Shown piece after piece: positions 60,851-64,000 of a DNA stretch of 64,000 nt. The notes beneath the pieces were generated by a model. The model saw only the letters and a list, made by a program, of their open reading frames with translations, was not told where the DNA came from and did not search any database. A program made the position numbers and the translations under genes. The stretch is from contig JBHLOY010000002.1 in assembly GCA_048939995.1 (NCBI GenBank), positions 128,001 to 192,000 of the forward strand, given 5' to 3'. Each line of letters begins with the position of its first letter. Position 1 is the stretch's first letter. The stretch comes from Promethearchaeota archaeon (GTDB taxonomy: Archaea > Asgardarchaeota > Lokiarchaeia > Sigyniarchaeales > SOKP01).

Positions 60851-62002
60851 ATGAATTTAGAAGATGATCCGTTTTTAAAAATTTCAAGCTCTATAATTAA
60901 TCCCCATATTGAGGAATGGCAGAAATCTAATAAAAAGATCGTAGGATTTTATTGCACTTATCTTCCCGAGGAGTTACTTTATGCAGCAGATTTATTACCT
61001 TTTCGAATAAGAGCAACAGGAACGAAAGATACTGATTTGGGAGATATTTATATGGTTCGCTTCACTTGCTCTTTTGTAAGGGCAACTTTGGATTTAGCTC
61101 TAAGAGGTGGTTACGATTTCCTTGATGGGTTCTTAGTATGTAATAGCTGCGACCACAGCAGACGTATGTTTGAATTATTTGATTTAAAAGTATTTAATCG
61201 AGACAATTTTAACAAGAAGGTTCCACAATTTTATTTGGCTTTACCGCATGTCATTACAGATGAAGGTTTCGAATGGTACAAAAAAGAAGTAGAAGAATTA
61301 AAAGTAGAATTGGAGAGTAGTTATCAGATTCAACAAATTACAGAAGATAAATTACTAGAATCAATAGAAGTATATAATGAAAATCGAAAACTACTAAGAG
61401 AACTCCATAAATTGAGAGTCCAAGAAACACCTAAACTAACAGGAACAGAAGCTCTACAAATCAATATGGCTAATTCTTCTGTTCCAAAAGATATTGCCAA
61501 TATGGAGTTAAATAGACTACTAAATCTTTTAGAAAATCGAGATCCTATAGAAACAAGCGGTAAAAAGAGAATCTTATTGGTTGGAAGTGTAGTAGATGAC
61601 CTTGAATTTACACGTTTAATTGAAAAGTCAGGAGCATTTATTGCCTCAGATTTTCTCTGTTTTGGTACTCGTAACTTTATGGATGATGTTCAATTAATAA
61701 ATCATAGCGATGCTTTAGAAAGCATAACCAAGCGGCTTTATTACAGGTTGTCATGCCCCAGAATGATGGATGACCATTCTAGACGGTTAGATTTCTTAAT
61801 AGAGGAGATAAATCATGCTAGAATTGATGGTGTCCTTTTACAGAGAATTAATAATTGCGATCTACATGGTTGTGATAATATGCTCTTTTATCATGAATTA
61901 AAGGATTTAGATGTTCCTGTGTTAAATATAGACAGAGAATTCTATCAATCCGATACTACTCGCTTACAAACCAGAATTGAAGCTTTCATTGAAATGATCT
62001 AA
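60851..62002 (+). CDS. 2-hydroxyacyl-CoA dehydratase / benzoyl-CoA reductase-type subunit
   Basis: GFYCTYLPEELL, CSF, SCD, SCP, CDLH, TRIEAFIEM. Confidence 0.88.
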   Translation: MNLEDDPFLKISSSIINPHIEEWQKSNKKIVGFYCTYLPEELLYAADLLPFRIRATGTKDTDLGDIYMVRFTCSFVRATLDLALRGGYDFLDGFLVCNSCDHSRRMFELFDLKVFNRDNFNKKVPQFYLALPHVITDEGFEWYKKEVEELKVELESSYQIQQITEDKLLESIEVYNENRKLLRELHKLRVQETPKLTGTEALQINMANSSVPKDIANMELNRLLNLLENRDPIETSGKKRILLVGSVVDDLEFTRLIEKSGAFIASDFLCFGTRNFMDDVQLINHSDALESITKRLYYRLSCPRMMDDHSRRLDFLIEEINHARIDGVLLQRINNCDLHGCDNMLFYHELKDLDVPVLNIDREFYQSDTTRLQTRIEAFIEMI

Positions 62003-62025
62003 AAATCTTTAATAATGGTGAAATC

Positions 62026-63315
62026 ATGGTAAATAAAACAAATAATGTGAATCGAATTATACCTTACCAAATGCTCCTTAAAGCTTTATCTACAACTCGT
62101 GAATTACTAGAACGAATTTTACCCGAAGATGGAATTCCATCATTGAAAATTGGCACTAAGAAAATTGAAACCGTCATGCAAAGAAATATTGAAAAAGCAG
62201 AAGAAGGTCTCCCAATTGTAGGATACCATTTTTCACTTCCAGCTGAATATCTAAAATGTTTTGATTGTGTCCCTGTATGTGTGGAGGGAACTTCATACTT
62301 TCTTGCGACATTTTTGGAGGGGGGGATAGAAAATTATTATGATTTAATGAATAGTTGGGGGCATCCTTTCCATACATGTACCTCACAAAAAGGTTCAATG
62401 GCAATGACTTTAGATGATCTATTTCACTTTGATGCGTTATTCTGTCCCACTGCACCATGTGACTGTACCATAGCCTCTTACCCATTTTTTAAGTATAAGA
62501 AGAAATTTCCACTAATAATGGTTGATTTACCATACTTACACGAAGAAAAAAGCTATAGATATTATGCAGAGCAACTTCAAATTGGTTTAGAAAAACTTGG
62601 AAAAATTATAGGGCAAGAACCAGATTATAATCGTTTAAAAGAAGCAATTGAAATAGAAAATCGCGTAAATAGGTTAAAGCTAGATCTATTTGACTTAGTA
62701 AAAGCTAAGCCTAGCCCAATTGAAAATATGTTCAATGCAGTATCTGCGGGAGCATCCATTTTTATCTCTGGAACTAAAGAGAATGAAGAATTTTATAATG
62801 AGATGTTATCAGTTGCTAAAGATCGATATAAAAACGGCAAACACCACGGAAGAGATGAAATTGTCCGTTCCATTTGGCCTTATATGATAACATTCTTCTC
62901 TGTTGACCTATTAGAATGGTTAGATAGAGAATTGGGTCTAAGCGTACTATTTGATATTTTCAACTATAATTTTTCAGATCCCATCAATACAAAATCTGAT
63001 TTAGAATCAATGTTTTATGGGATGGCGAAAAAGGGGATGAATTTTCCTATGGTACGACAATCTACAGAATTCTACAATCCATTTATAAAATATTGCGTCA
63101 AGTTTGCCAAAGAATTTTCTGCCGATTGCTTCATCTATACTCAGAGTATAGCGTGTAAACAATTTGGTTCAATGGGAACCTTACTACGTGAAGCGCTGAG
63201 GGAAGAGGTTGGAATTTCTATGCTACTTATAGAATTTGACGCTGGAGATGCTCGTATGACCTCTCTTAAAACATTTAAAGAGAAAATATCCTTGTTTGTA
63301 CAAACTTTAATTTAA
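62026..63315 (+). CDS. 2-hydroxyacyl-CoA dehydratase / benzoyl-CoA reductase-type subunit
   Basis: CTSQKG, PCD, ACKQ, IEFDAGDAR. Confidence 0.85.
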   Translation: MVNKTNNVNRIIPYQMLLKALSTTRELLERILPEDGIPSLKIGTKKIETVMQRNIEKAEEGLPIVGYHFSLPAEYLKCFDCVPVCVEGTSYFLATFLEGGIENYYDLMNSWGHPFHTCTSQKGSMAMTLDDLFHFDALFCPTAPCDCTIASYPFFKYKKKFPLIMVDLPYLHEEKSYRYYAEQLQIGLEKLGKIIGQEPDYNRLKEAIEIENRVNRLKLDLFDLVKAKPSPIENMFNAVSAGASIFISGTKENEEFYNEMLSVAKDRYKNGKHHGRDEIVRSIWPYMITFFSVDLLEWLDRELGLSVLFDIFNYNFSDPINTKSDLESMFYGMAKKGMNFPMVRQSTEFYNPFIKYCVKFAKEFSADCFIYTQSIACKQFGSMGTLLREALREEVGISMLLIEFDAGDARMTSLKTFKEKISLFVQTLI

Positions 63316-63332
63316 CACCCTATAATTTTCTT

Positions 63333-63671
63333 TCAAAAAAATCTTTCAAGAAAATTTTGATAAAATGTAGCATTAGTCAAAGAACTAATGAATATAGATA
63401 TTAAAAGTACCATTAAAAGAAAAAAGCCAACAAATAAAAAATAGATGCTAATAGTTCCAGTCTTATTAAACATAGACAAAATTGATCCAGCAATTAAAAC
63501 AGGTAAGAAACTAAAAAGTGAGAAAATAACTAAATAATTAAACGTTATATATACTATATTCTCTAACCCAAAACGATACAGCAAAAAAGGGTACAAAATT
63601 GTTAAGAAAAAAAATATCAATATTATAGTTAAAATACAAAATACAATAAAATGACCCTTTTTTTTATCCAT
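63333..63671 (-). CDS. Small membrane protein (3 TM)
   Basis: Hydrophobic segments. Confidence 0.5.
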   Translation of the reverse strand: MDKKKGHFIVFCILTIILIFFFLTILYPFLLYRFGLENIVYITFNYLVIFSLFSFLPVLIAGSILSMFNKTGTISIYFLFVGFFLLMVLLISIFISSLTNATFYQNFLERFF

Positions 63672-64000
63672 TTTAAAAAATTTATGAATCTGATTTATTG
63701 ATTAAATAAATCTATGGTAGGGTTAAAAAATTTTTGAGAGTTAAATAAATCATATAATTTTTTTGCTTTAGTGTATTCTTATATTAAACTATAACTAGCT
63801 TTTGTAGGTAATTAATACTTGAGAGAGGATTTAAGTAATTTTTCAAGCAAAATTTTCTTTCAGTTCCATAGGAGTTCCACAAAAATATTAGTTAATCTTT
63901 TGGTGAGTGTTTTGTTTCATCCTTTCTTAATGTGTTTCTTCATGTTAAAGTATAAGCTTGGTAAAATCAGTAGATATATAAATTTTTCATCTAATTTTTA

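Noticed and set aside
1676-62485. Antisense/overlapping short ORFs (e.g. 1676, 5576, 8407, 12976, 22863, 27550, 39428, 44452, 45109, 45742, 59432, 62174)
   Set aside because: Shadow frames of well-supported genes, with no motifs of their own.
63780-64000. Possible gene remnant at the window edge
   Set aside because: Stops in all plausible frames and no recognisable family.
1-64000. CRISPR arrays, rRNA, tRNA
   Set aside because: No regularly spaced repeats or GC-rich structured RNA segments noticed by eye; a tRNAscan/Infernal run would be needed to exclude small RNAs.

Overview
AT-rich archaeal window, most likely Asgard (Lokiarchaeia/Promethearchaeia-like). This is an inference from the archaeal TATA promoters, TFB/Hel308/RadB homologues, a CxxC..HxHG-P-H small-protein family, a (I/P)xGY-TM-KKK surface-protein tail and a Giardia-type OTC. 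The window has four parts. (1) 1-18.3 kb: an accessory island of membrane, DNA-binding and recombination genes around a divergent TFB paralogue. About 12 of its promoters carry a T-tract-C(C) element where the purine-rich BRE normally sits, while the TFB gene itself and the metabolic genes have ordinary BRE-TATA promoters. This is a candidate alternative-TFB (sigma-like) regulon, partly decayed by internal deletions. (2) 20.6-28.5 kb: an amino-acid catabolic operon (arginine-synthetase-like P-loop protein, AOR, proline/sarcosine-dehydrogenase-like pair, OTC). (3) 38.7-54.2 kb plus 58-60 kb: a near-complete TCA gene set with ATP citrate lyase, 2-oxoacid:ferredoxin oxidoreductase and anchor-less FrdAB. 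An FMN hydroxy-acid dehydrogenase follows fumC, no MDH gene is present, and there is a 150-bp fossil junction of deleted citrate synthase and AcnA genes. (4) Scattered sugar, lipid and surface genes. No rRNA, tRNA, CRISPR array, integrase or transposase was recognised. All product calls come from motif recognition by eye, without database searches.
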